DNA from: a virus
Lineage: Duplodnaviria > Caudoviricetes
Direction: 5' to 3' (one strand)
IMG/VR virus record: IMGVR_UViG_3300027339_000002
Coordinates: 1-61,187 of that record
DNA length: 61,187 nt
In this document: in pieces, positions 9,189 through 16,556 of the stretch
Position numbering within the stretch: the stretch's first letter is position 1
Layout of the letters: the number at the start of each line of letters is the position of its first letter
Notes under the pieces: generated by a model
The model's database searches: none
What the model was told of the DNA's origin: nothing
The model's input: only the letters and a program-made list of their open reading frames with translations
Position numbers and translations under genes: made by a program

Positions 9189-9213
9189 GTTCCTCCGAGT
9201 AACTCGGAGGAAC
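9189..9213. repeat. perfect 12-bp inverted repeat
   Basis: GTTCCTCCGAGT-A-ACTCGGAGGAAC just downstream of the ATPase stop. Confidence 0.8.
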
Positions 9214-9221
9214 CCACCGCT

Positions 9222-10301
9222 TTAGATCAGCACGGAGCTGTTGTCGATCGCCCATTTGTGGAACGCCTTGCACTGCTGCAGGTCGGAGTCGCGCTGCAGT
9301 GCCGTGCGCATGAACACGACTTGGAACTCGACCTGCATGCGGTTGCTGTACTCGACCAGACGATCGAAGTTGTTCGGCGACGCTTTCATCGCCATGGCGA
9401 TGCTCAGCGCGTACAGCACCGACGGCGATTCAGGCACCGGCACCTTTTCGGGCGCCAGCAGGATCTTGTCGATGCTCGGCATTTCCGCCGCGTCCTTGCG
9501 GAAGGCCATGAACTCACCGGCCGGGCCCTCGCCAACCGTGCCCTTGATGAGCTCGTGTTCTTCCTGCATGCTCAAACGCGGAGCCTTGGGATCGACGTGC
9601 GAGATGATTTGGCTGGCGAACGCCCACGAGCGCGGCGACGGGAAGGCACGCTCGTTCTTGGCCGGGTCGAAGCTGTGCAGCAGGCTGGGCTTGAACTTCA
9701 TGAAGGCGATCACGTCTTGGTGCACGCCGTTCTTCAGCGCCCAGGACGCCCAATCGTCCACGTCCACGTCGAAGTCGATGTGGACGAGGCGGTTGGCCAG
9801 CGGGGCAGGCATGCGGCTGGTGACGCCGCGGTCACCGTCGCGGTTGCCGGCGGCGATGATGGCCCAACCTTCAGGCAGCACGTAGTTGCCGATGGAGCGG
9901 TTCAGGATCAGCTGATAACCGGCAGCCTGCGTGGCGGGCAATGCACTGTTCATTTCGTCGAGGAACAGGATACCGCGCGTGGGATTCGGGATCATGGTGT
10001 CGGCTTTTTCGCCTTTCTTGAGCTTGTAGCCTGCGACGTCACCGGCACGCACAAACGTGGGCGGCAAGAAGTCGGGCGGCAGCCACTTCATCACGCCGCC
10101 GTCTGCGTCCGGCACGGGAAAGCCCTTGAGGTCCACCGGGTCCAGCAAGTTCAAGCGAACGTCGCGCAGCTCCATGTCGTTGTCATGGGCAGACGTGGTG
10201 ATGACGTCAGACTTGCCGATGCCGGGCGGGCCCCAGAGGAACACGGGCCGCTTGATGCTGATGCAGTGGTTGATGACGCGGGAGACGGAAGAAGGCTTCA
10301 T
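9222..10301 (-). CDS. MoxR/dynein-related AAA+ ATPase
   Basis: GPPGIGKS Walker A, LFLDE Walker B, AAGN sensor, PLANR arginine finger, PSPRSW. Confidence 0.92.
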   Translation of the reverse strand: MKPSSVSRVINHCISIKRPVFLWGPPGIGKSDVITTSAHDNDMELRDVRLNLLDPVDLKGFPVPDADGGVMKWLPPDFLPPTFVRAGDVAGYKLKKGEKADTMIPNPTRGILFLDEMNSALPATQAAGYQLILNRSIGNYVLPEGWAIIAAGNRDGDRGVTSRMPAPLANRLVHIDFDVDVDDWASWALKNGVHQDVIAFMKFKPSLLHSFDPAKNERAFPSPRSWAFASQIISHVDPKAPRLSMQEEHELIKGTVGEGPAGEFMAFRKDAAEMPSIDKILLAPEKVPVPESPSVLYALSIAMAMKASPNNFDRLVEYSNRMQVEFQVVFMRTALQRDSDLQQCKAFHKWAIDNSSVLI

Positions 10302-10310
10302 GATGCTCTT

Positions 10311-10601
10311 TCATGAGTTGGTGGATTGATCATCGCCACGCAAACGGCGACTCACTTGTTCGGCCTGAATGACAGACCAGATGGTTGCGACTTCTCGCAT
10401 ACCTGAGACAAACACGTTGAGGCCGCGGCGCTCAACGATGTGTCGATATTGGGGGTGCAGCTTACTGAATGCGTTGTAAGACCGCGTAGTCATCTTGACA
10501 TGGTGGACGTCAGGAGAAATAGCGCGCACCCAGTTGTACAGCTCTTGCGCGCTCAGCGTTTCAAGCTTTTCGCTACAGCTGTCGATATGATCTCTCTCCA
10601 T
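10311..10601 (-). CDS. small protein, paralog of 10553..10807, RL motif (VSRRLRG)
   Basis: Aligns by eye with its neighbour. Confidence 0.6.
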   Translation of the reverse strand: MERDHIDSCSEKLETLSAQELYNWVRAISPDVHHVKMTTRSYNAFSKLHPQYRHIVERRGLNVFVSGMREVATIWSVIQAEQVSRRLRGDDQSTNS

Positions 10602-10807
10602 AACGGGATCTCTTGACGGATGTCGACGAGGTACACGACGAACGTGTGCGCATACGAGTGGAGAAGTGTTTCACCGCGCAGAGCGCAGATCATTCCGTAC
10701 GTCTTGCGTGATACTTCAACGCAGTTATGCGGGCACTTCTCGATGGCCTCGATCAGCTCTGAAGGCGATGCGCAATCTTCAAGGCGGCCACTTGCTCTCG
10801 GGTCCAT
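10553..10807 (-). CDS. small protein, paralog of 10311..10601
   Basis: GGAG RBS before ATG at 10807; ends STAVAKSLKR. Confidence 0.6.
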   Translation of the reverse strand: MDPRASGRLEDCASPSELIEAIEKCPHNCVEVSRKTYGMICALRGETLLHSYAHTFVVYLVDIRQEIPLWREIISTAVAKSLKR

Positions 10808-11058
10808 GCTTTGCTCTCCAGCCACGGCTCTAACAACGGTCGGCACGCTAAAGCATCGAGGTACTTACAAACCCCTGCGTACATGCTGAACTCGTTAGAG
10901 TCGTCAAACTCACACCATCCTCCTACCTGTATGCATTGAAACAGGTACGTAAGCCCGACCAACTGCCCATGACTTAAGTCGCCGATGTCGCATGGTCCGT
11001 CGTTCATGGATTTCGCCAATTCACGAGAGATATCGGCGTCACCAAAATCGGTGCTCAC
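10753..11058 (-). CDS. small protein with RL tail (LKIAHRLQS)
   Basis: GTGA overlap with the upstream stop. Confidence 0.6.
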   Translation of the reverse strand: MSTDFGDADISRELAKSMNDGPCDIGDLSHGQLVGLTYLFQCIQVGGWCEFDDSNEFSMYAGVCKYLDALACRPLLEPWLESKAWTREQVAALKIAHRLQS

Positions 11059-11276
11059 TTCTGATCCCCGAGCGCTTGCTCGATCGACATGATGCGCGGG
11101 TCACGAGACTTGAAGCCCGGAGGACGTTGAAACGTATGCACCAGCGTGTTGTGCTTGGGGAACTTCATGGTCGGTCGCCAATCGACAATGTAGTTCGCCA
11201 AGTCACGTTTTGCTTGGATCAGTGCAACTTGGCTGGGCGTCGGAGCCTTGCCGACGATAATGATGGACTGGCTCAT
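11055..11276 (-). CDS. hypothetical protein
   Basis: ATGA-coupled; phage-typical codon usage. Confidence 0.65.
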   Translation of the reverse strand: MSQSIIIVGKAPTPSQVALIQAKRDLANYIVDWRPTMKFPKHNTLVHTFQRPPGFKSRDPRIMSIEQALGDQK

Positions 11277-11704
11277 GGATGGTGATGAACTGGTTGTTGT
11301 GTGCCTCGCCCATCTTCTTGGGTAAGGCCAGCGGGCAGCTGACCACCCATAAAAATGGAAAGGGCCTGGGCGAGCGGAACATGAGTGACTTTCTGCGCGG
11401 CGGCAGCTTCGCGCTTGCGCTGGTGATAGCGCTGATAGCGCTCTTTACGAACTCGATCGACCAGACGTTTAGGCGGCGCAGCCTTGTGTTCACCTGGACT
11501 TGTCGTGTATCGAGCGCGTATTTTCTGATTACCGACATGTGACCACGAACAGATACGAACGGCGCTCTCGTCGATTAGTTTCGTAAGCCAACGACTGAGT
11601 GTGGATTCAGGAATGCCGAGCTCAGCGATGAGGTCTTCCTGAGTGCAGCTACGCTTTTGCGCCACCGTGGCCAGGATTAAGTCTCTCCATGGACGTCGTT
11701 TCAT
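11273..11704 (-). CDS. winged-helix HTH DNA-binding protein
   Basis: CTQEDLIAELGIPESTLSRWLTKL. Confidence 0.75.
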   Translation of the reverse strand: MKRRPWRDLILATVAQKRSCTQEDLIAELGIPESTLSRWLTKLIDESAVRICSWSHVGNQKIRARYTTSPGEHKAAPPKRLVDRVRKERYQRYHQRKREAAAAQKVTHVPLAQALSIFMGGQLPAGLTQEDGRGTQQPVHHHP

Positions 11705-12204
11705 TTCGGCCAGCCGAGCTTCATGAGGTCAGTGATCAGGTTCGTCCCGGCGGGCAAGTTTTCGTCGTTGCTGCCTTTGCCGAACTCCATGTCAATGTAC
11801 TTCTTGAACTCCGGGTAGCGCTTGCGCAGCGTGTTGACGGTAGAGCACCCTTTGAGCGCAGCTCGGACGCGGCGCTCTGTTGCCCCGTACTCGACTTTGA
11901 TGTCTTCGAGCTCGCGTACCTTGTTCATGAGCGCCGGCGCAGCGGGCCCGAAGTCGTCGAAAGTGATGCTGTCGCCGCTCCAAGGCACGCCCTGGACGTA
12001 GCCGATGCCGTCGCAATAGATCGACGCCGTGTTGACGAACGAGCGCAGCTCGGGGTCGTACCAGAGCTTCTTCACTTCATCGGGTAGCAAATCGACGGCT
12101 GCGTCTACGAGGGCTCTGAGCATCACCTCGTAGTACTCGGGCTGCGGCACGTCATTCATGATCGAACGGCAGATCGAGTTGCGGTTGTGTTCGGTGAGTT
12201 TCAT
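11701..12204 (-). CDS. Nmad5-like (nucleotide modification-associated domain 5) protein
   Basis: MKLT..R..I..IM.DVP N-terminus and L..CSTVNTLRKRYPEFKKY...NLP C-terminal signature. Confidence 0.7.
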   Translation of the reverse strand: MKLTEHNRNSICRSIMNDVPQPEYYEVMLRALVDAAVDLLPDEVKKLWYDPELRSFVNTASIYCDGIGYVQGVPWSGDSITFDDFGPAAPALMNKVRELEDIKVEYGATERRVRAALKGCSTVNTLRKRYPEFKKYIDMEFGKGSNDENLPAGTNLITDLMKLGWPK

Positions 12205-12409
12205 GGTGTCGGCTCTTGAGTTGCATCGGCTCTACGTACGCCCTTACGCAAAGCTCTACGGTTGTTCTGCAGTTGTTGCGCTTGCGTGCTTGCCGCAGCT
12301 GCTGCTCGATGGTTTTTTCTGAACGCTTCGTGAAGTGAGCCACCTCACGGAGCGTCCAGCCTTTGGCGAGCATCCGCACAGTGCGGAGCTCGATTCGGGT
12401 GAGGATCAA
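12152..12409 (-). CDS. LuxR/GerE-type HTH protein
   Basis: LTRIELRTVRMLAKGWTLREVAHFTKRSEKTIEQQL...TTVEL; TTG start overlaps the ferritin-like gene stop. Confidence 0.75.
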   Translation of the reverse strand: MILTRIELRTVRMLAKGWTLREVAHFTKRSEKTIEQQLRQARKRNNCRTTVELCVRAYVEPMQLKSRHHETHRTQPQLDLPFDHE

Positions 12410-12936
12410 GCCTCGAGACCCAGGACTTCGCGACCGAGCGTGTGGTACGGGCGCACCTTCTCGATCGCTTCCGGGGAAGTGAGCTTGGCGAATGCGCGTT
12501 CGTGCCACTCTTCATCGTGCAGAATGCGCTCGAAAGTGAAGCGGACATCAGGCGGTGCTGCTTCGTCGGCCACGATGACGCGGATGCGCTCAAGGCGCAT
12601 GCCCTCAGCCAAGGTGGCGATGGCCGCCTTGTCTTCGAAGGTGATCGCGGCCGCACTGACCTCACCCCAGTAGCGGGCTGACTCGTCATGCTGCCCGGGG
12701 TCGACGTTGCGGTTGTCGAGCAGCTCCTTGACCCAGGCGGCGTGCTGTTCTTCTTGGCGGGCGATTTGCTCGAGCACGCGCTTGTTGTCGGCGTTGATCG
12801 TGTCGGCTGCCATGGCAAGGATGCGAACGGCTGCCGTGACTTCACCGTGGTACTGCTTACGCAGCCATTCGTTGAACTTGGCGGGGTCTTGCTTGACTTC
12901 GGCCCACCACTGTTGTGAGGTGACCGGCATGATCAC
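12406..12936 (-). CDS. ferritin-like di-iron protein
   Basis: Two E...ExxH pairs (YHGE/EEQH and LAE/EEWH). Confidence 0.8.
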   Translation of the reverse strand: MIMPVTSQQWWAEVKQDPAKFNEWLRKQYHGEVTAAVRILAMAADTINADNKRVLEQIARQEEQHAAWVKELLDNRNVDPGQHDESARYWGEVSAAAITFEDKAAIATLAEGMRLERIRVIVADEAAPPDVRFTFERILHDEEWHERAFAKLTSPEAIEKVRPYHTLGREVLGLEA

Positions 12937-13955
12937 TCCTTGGAGTCGAGGTGCGCCACCAGGGCGGCGATGCCTTCTTGGCGCTTGGCGATCTCGGCCA
13001 CCAGCTTCTTGGGCTTGGCCTTGATGGCTTCCAGGCGAGCGATCTCGGCTTCCTGGGCAGCGATCAGGTCGTAGACCTCGCTGTCCTTGAAGTCCTTGAT
13101 GTCGACACCGTTGATCAGGGTCTTGTTGGTGATTTCGATGACGGCGGTCTTGTTGGTCATGATGCGGGCTTTCAAAAGTTCGGCCTCGACTTTGTCGATA
13201 TGGCCTTGGGCTACGGAAATGTGAGCGTTGATTCGAGCGCTCACGGCTTTGAGGTTGAGGGCAGACTCGGCTTCGTGGTTGATCGGGCTGTCACCGGCAA
13301 TCGCAGCATCGGCTTTTGCGAGTTGCTTGACGTACTCGTCGCATGCTCTCCAGCCATTTTGAGTGACGTAGTACTTCAGCGAGACCGTGTTGACGCAGAT
13401 CAGATGGAGCGGACTGCACAGCTTGTTGATCACGCCGTCGGCCGGGCGCTGCAGCTCGATGCAAATCTGTTCAAGGCCGCAGCCACGAACAAACAGCAAC
13501 TTGAGCTTGAGCAGTTCGGCTTCCGACCAGATCATGCCGTGTCGAGCGCGACGCTCATTGTCACGCTGTTTGAACAATGTGTTCCAGACATCGCCGTTCT
13601 GGTACGCCGGCTTGACCGTCGGCGCCTTGGGTTTTTCTGAATCAGCGTTTTTGACGCGATCCTCCCAAAACGCAAACGGCGGCAGATCCGAGAAGCCAGA
13701 CGAACCGACGCGATCTTCGATGTCGTAAATGTCATCAAAGTAGCGACGCAAGTGCTCTCGGTTTGCTGGTCCGTCGATGCTGGAAGAAGAAAGCACTCCG
13801 GCTGGAGCCACGGCGAATCGGGTCGCGAACTGCATGATCACTGTTCGCGCACGCGCGTGGCTTTCGCCGGCGCACGCCTTGTACATCTCGTGGAATGTAG
13901 CTTCGTTCTCGAGCACGATTGCGATCTCGTGCAGCTTATGTGCTAGGGCATTCAT
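12933..13955 (-). CDS. composite hypothetical protein with a Myb/SANT-like HTH segment and a C-terminal coiled domain
   Basis: WSEAELLKL...G..LEQI..ELQR; C-terminal 75 aa from ATG at 13160 have much stronger C/G-ending codon bias. Confidence 0.65.
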   Translation of the reverse strand: MNALAHKLHEIAIVLENEATFHEMYKACAGESHARARTVIMQFATRFAVAPAGVLSSSSIDGPANREHLRRYFDDIYDIEDRVGSSGFSDLPPFAFWEDRVKNADSEKPKAPTVKPAYQNGDVWNTLFKQRDNERRARHGMIWSEAELLKLKLLFVRGCGLEQICIELQRPADGVINKLCSPLHLICVNTVSLKYYVTQNGWRACDEYVKQLAKADAAIAGDSPINHEAESALNLKAVSARINAHISVAQGHIDKVEAELLKARIMTNKTAVIEITNKTLINGVDIKDFKDSEVYDLIAAQEAEIARLEAIKAKPKKLVAEIAKRQEGIAALVAHLDSKE

Positions 13956-14200
13956 GATTCTCCTTCTGTGAGTCTGAGGAATACGTGAGCAGCTTCCAAA
14001 GATTCAAACTCACGCGGCGGGTATCTGGCGTCGTCCTCAGTACGTACAGCAATGAGGTACGCTTTGCCTGATGATGCGTCGACCCTGAGTGACACGTACG
14101 TTTGATTGCGCCATATCCCTTCGAATTTTTCGACGGGGTATGTGTTTAGGAAGATGCTGGTGCCGTTCGTCGGGTCTATCACCCAAGAAGTCTCAGCCAC
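13952..14200 (-). CDS. tandem-array paralog 12 (divergent)
   Basis: Ends SLEAAHVFLRLTEGES. Confidence 0.65.
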   Translation of the reverse strand: MAETSWVIDPTNGTSIFLNTYPVEKFEGIWRNQTYVSLRVDASSGKAYLIAVRTEDDARYPPREFESLEAAHVFLRLTEGES

Positions 14201-14379
14201 GTTACAGCCTCCTTAAGTGAGCCAGCGCGTCGCGACTCACCGAACAGCGTTTTTCGTACACGCCAATGATCGTGGCCGAGAAGCTTGTAAATCAGCACAT
14301 CGCCCTTGATGCTTATAGAGCAGCGCGATGATCCAAGAGTGGCGTGCTCTTGCACAGGTGGAAACCTGATAACTTTCAT
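14179..14379 (-). CDS. tandem-array paralog 11
   Basis: MKVIRF..SSRC..HW..SLKEAVTWLRLLG. Confidence 0.7.
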   Translation of the reverse strand: MKVIRFPPVQEHATLGSSRCSISIKGDVLIYKLLGHDHWRVRKTLFGESRRAGSLKEAVTWLRLLG

Positions 14380-14627
14380 GTCTTCCCGGCTGAACTGCAT
14401 GGCATAACCCTGTATGCGGCGTACGCGTGCGATAGTTTTTTGAACGGGCCGATCGTCGACAAAGTCCATTCGTCAGACGAATAGTTTGGTACGAGGTACC
14501 AGCTTTTGCGGTCCATGAATTTGGCGATTACGTAGTCACGGGTTACGCCGCCTTCAAAAATTACACAGCGCAGCTTCCTGTTTCTGTGCGTTGATGCGCC
14601 ACGGATATCTTTGTGGACGGTCAACAT
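14376..14627 (-). CDS. tandem-array paralog 10
   Basis: MLTVHK..KLRCVI..SW..KKLSHAYAAYRV. Confidence 0.7.
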   Translation of the reverse strand: MLTVHKDIRGASTHRNRKLRCVIFEGGVTRDYVIAKFMDRKSWYLVPNYSSDEWTLSTIGPFKKLSHAYAAYRVMPCSSAGKT

Positions 14628-14884
14628 GACACAAGCCTCAGATAAAGAAGCGCGTCCTTGAGCTTTGGGAAGAAGTCATACACAGCCACAGATTCGTACG
14701 ACGCGAGGTGCCATCCTGGGTGGCCCACAAACTTCGCGACGTAGACCTCGTCTTGGAGAGATGGCACGTACCAACATTCTGTTCTGGTCGCAACATTGAA
14801 GATTCCGCTGCGAATAAGCAAGCCGTCGCTCTGGTAGCAAGGGTGCTGTTTGTAGTACGAACGGACGCATCGGTAAGCGCTCAT
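14621..14884 (-). CDS. tandem-array paralog 9
   Basis: YVAKFVGHPGW..KLKDALLYLRLVSC. Confidence 0.7.
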   Translation of the reverse strand: MSAYRCVRSYYKQHPCYQSDGLLIRSGIFNVATRTECWYVPSLQDEVYVAKFVGHPGWHLASYESVAVYDFFPKLKDALLYLRLVSC

Positions 14885-15081
14885 CGGTTCAGCTTCCACG
14901 AAACGATCGTCGCCTTCAATGTAGGGGCGCTTATGTATATACGCGCAGGGAAATTAAGCCATACGCGCCAGTGCGTTTCGTCCCTTCGTCTCGATATGAC
15001 GATCCAGCCGTGTTGGTCGCGTACCGCACAACGCAGACTCGCTGGATACAAGCGTCGATGAACGGTGAACTCTTTTTTCAT
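14881..15081 (-). CDS. tandem-array paralog 8
   Basis: MKKEFTVHRR..SLRCAV..HW..TLKATIVSWKLNR. Confidence 0.7.
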   Translation of the reverse strand: MKKEFTVHRRLYPASLRCAVRDQHGWIVISRRRDETHWRVWLNFPARIYISAPTLKATIVSWKLNR

Positions 15082-15281
15082 GCTAGCAGTCTCCGCTGTG
15101 CAATAGCTGCTCTCAACGTTGGTGCTGTATACGGCACGCCGTCTACCCAAAACGTCCAGCCTGAACCAGGCGTGCGTTTCAGGAAAATCGCAGTGATTTC
15201 GCCGTTGTGATCCAAGGCCTGTGCGGTTGCTCGTGGCATCTCGCCGTCCTTGAAGCGTTGTACTTTGATTTTCTGGTTCAT
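15078..15281 (-). CDS. tandem-array paralog 7
   Basis: MNQKIKVQRF..PRATA..GW..TLRAAIAQRRLLA. Confidence 0.7.
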   Translation of the reverse strand: MNQKIKVQRFKDGEMPRATAQALDHNGEITAIFLKRTPGSGWTFWVDGVPYTAPTLRAAIAQRRLLA

Positions 15282-15478
15282 CGCTTCATCCTCAGGATGA
15301 CCAATGACGCCTTGATGGTTGCGGCAAGTGGTGCAAAGGTCTCGTTGCAGTACCAGAGATTGTCTCTGCGCCTGCGGTACATGACCACGGTGCCCCACAT
15401 AACGTCGCGGTCTGTGAGTACACAACGTGCCCGCGTATATGACTCTTTCTCTTGGTAGCGGATGATTTTGTACTTCAT
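15278..15478 (-). CDS. tandem-array paralog 6
   Basis: MKYKIIRY..TRARC..LW..TIKASLVILRMKR. Confidence 0.7.
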   Translation of the reverse strand: MKYKIIRYQEKESYTRARCVLTDRDVMWGTVVMYRRRRDNLWYCNETFAPLAATIKASLVILRMKR

Positions 15479-15684
15479 CGCAACAGCCTCATAGCGATTC
15501 GGTTAGCTTGGCGCTTTACGAGAGCTTCGCGAAGTCTTGGATATTCTTGGCCTAGTACTCTCCACGTACCGCGGTCTGTTCGATACGCGTAACGGAAAAG
15601 TTTTCCTCGCCATACCATGTAGACAGAGCGATCTTCGAAGATCAGCGGAAGTTCACAGTAGGGTAAAGGTGCGACGGCTCTCAT
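15475..15684 (-). CDS. tandem-array paralog 5
   Basis: TW..RLREALVKRQANRIAMRLLR. Confidence 0.65.
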   Translation of the reverse strand: MRAVAPLPYCELPLIFEDRSVYMVWRGKLFRYAYRTDRGTWRVLGQEYPRLREALVKRQANRIAMRLLR

Positions 15685-15899
15685 CTGGTGAGTCTCCACA
15701 CGGCCAACAGCTCCTTCAGCGTGCGTGCATACAGGGTTTCGTCATCTACGTACGCACACCAACGGTTTCCGTTGAGCTTGGTTTCCTTGCAGAAGTACAT
15801 CTTTTCGTTACGGATCACCAGACTCGCCCAGGCACGAAGAGCATCTGGTCGTTGGGGCCGAATCCGTTTAATGGTCAGCCCTGGATATTTCGTGCTCAT
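15681..15899 (-). CDS. tandem-array paralog 4
   Basis: LTIKRI..LRAWA..MYFC..RW..TLKELLAVWRLTR. Confidence 0.7.
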   Translation of the reverse strand: MSTKYPGLTIKRIRPQRPDALRAWASLVIRNEKMYFCKETKLNGNRWCAYVDDETLYARTLKELLAVWRLTR

Positions 15900-16114
15900 C
15901 GTTTGAGCTTCCACAGAACTAAGAGCTCCTTGAGCGTGTTGGCTTCAATGCGCTCAGTGTCTATATGCAACGTCCACAGCTTCGTGGCCCTCGACCTGAA
16001 GCAAAAGTACATCCCGTTGTCGATGTTCAGGACAGCTGTAGCTCGGAGTGATGGAGAGGCGGCGAGTGAGCTGCGCGTAACGTGGATAGGGCGACGTTCA
16101 CATAGCCAGTTCAT
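15896..16114 (-). CDS. tandem-array paralog 3
   Basis: IHVTR..LRATA..MYFC..LW..TLKELLVLWKLKR. Confidence 0.7.
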   Translation of the reverse strand: MNWLCERRPIHVTRSSLAASPSLRATAVLNIDNGMYFCFRSRATKLWTLHIDTERIEANTLKELLVLWKLKR

Positions 16115-16314
16115 CTCATAATCCTCCAGCGCACGATCGCTTCTTTGAGCGTGCGCGCTTCGCCATATCCCCCGTACTTCATGAGATACCGCCACTCTCC
16201 TCCCCACCTCCGCCATATGGGGCTGTGCGTCACATCTCCGACCTGTACAAACAGCTCGGCTCTCATGTCGTAAGTCCCGGTGCCGCGGGGTGTGCGGACG
16301 ATTGAGTACTTCAT
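16111..16314 (-). CDS. tandem-array paralog 2
   Basis: MKYSIVR..MRAEL..EW..TLKEAIVRWRIMR. Confidence 0.7.
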   Translation of the reverse strand: MKYSIVRTPRGTGTYDMRAELFVQVGDVTHSPIWRRWGGEWRYLMKYGGYGEARTLKEAIVRWRIMR

Positions 16315-16556
16315 GGTTTGAGCTTCCACGCTACCAAGGCCACGCGGAGCTTTCTATGGCCGGTGAGCTTTGCCTTAGACGGAAATTGAGTCCACCCCCG
16401 ACCACGTTCGTAATAGGCGATGCGAGACCACCTACCAGATTCAAGTTCACGAGCGGCGTATGCGAAATCGCATACGGGACCGAACCTGTGGATACCAAAA
16501 AGCCTCACGATCTTGATCGTGAGGCCTCCGATCTCGACTGTAGGGACGCGCTTTAT
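16311..16556 (-). CDS. tandem-array paralog 1 (start uncertain: ATA at 16556 or GTG at 16508)
   Basis: IKIVRL..GW..KLRVALVAWKLKP. Confidence 0.6.
   Translation of the reverse strand: MKRVPTVEIGGLTIKIVRLFGIHRFGPVCDFAYAARELESGRWSRIAYYERGRGWTQFPSKAKLTGHRKLRVALVAWKLKP

Noticed and set aside
13952-16556. Array as a CRISPR, integron or DGR locus
   Set aside because: No constant repeats, attC-like palindromes, integrase or reverse transcriptase seen; the units are overlapping ORFs
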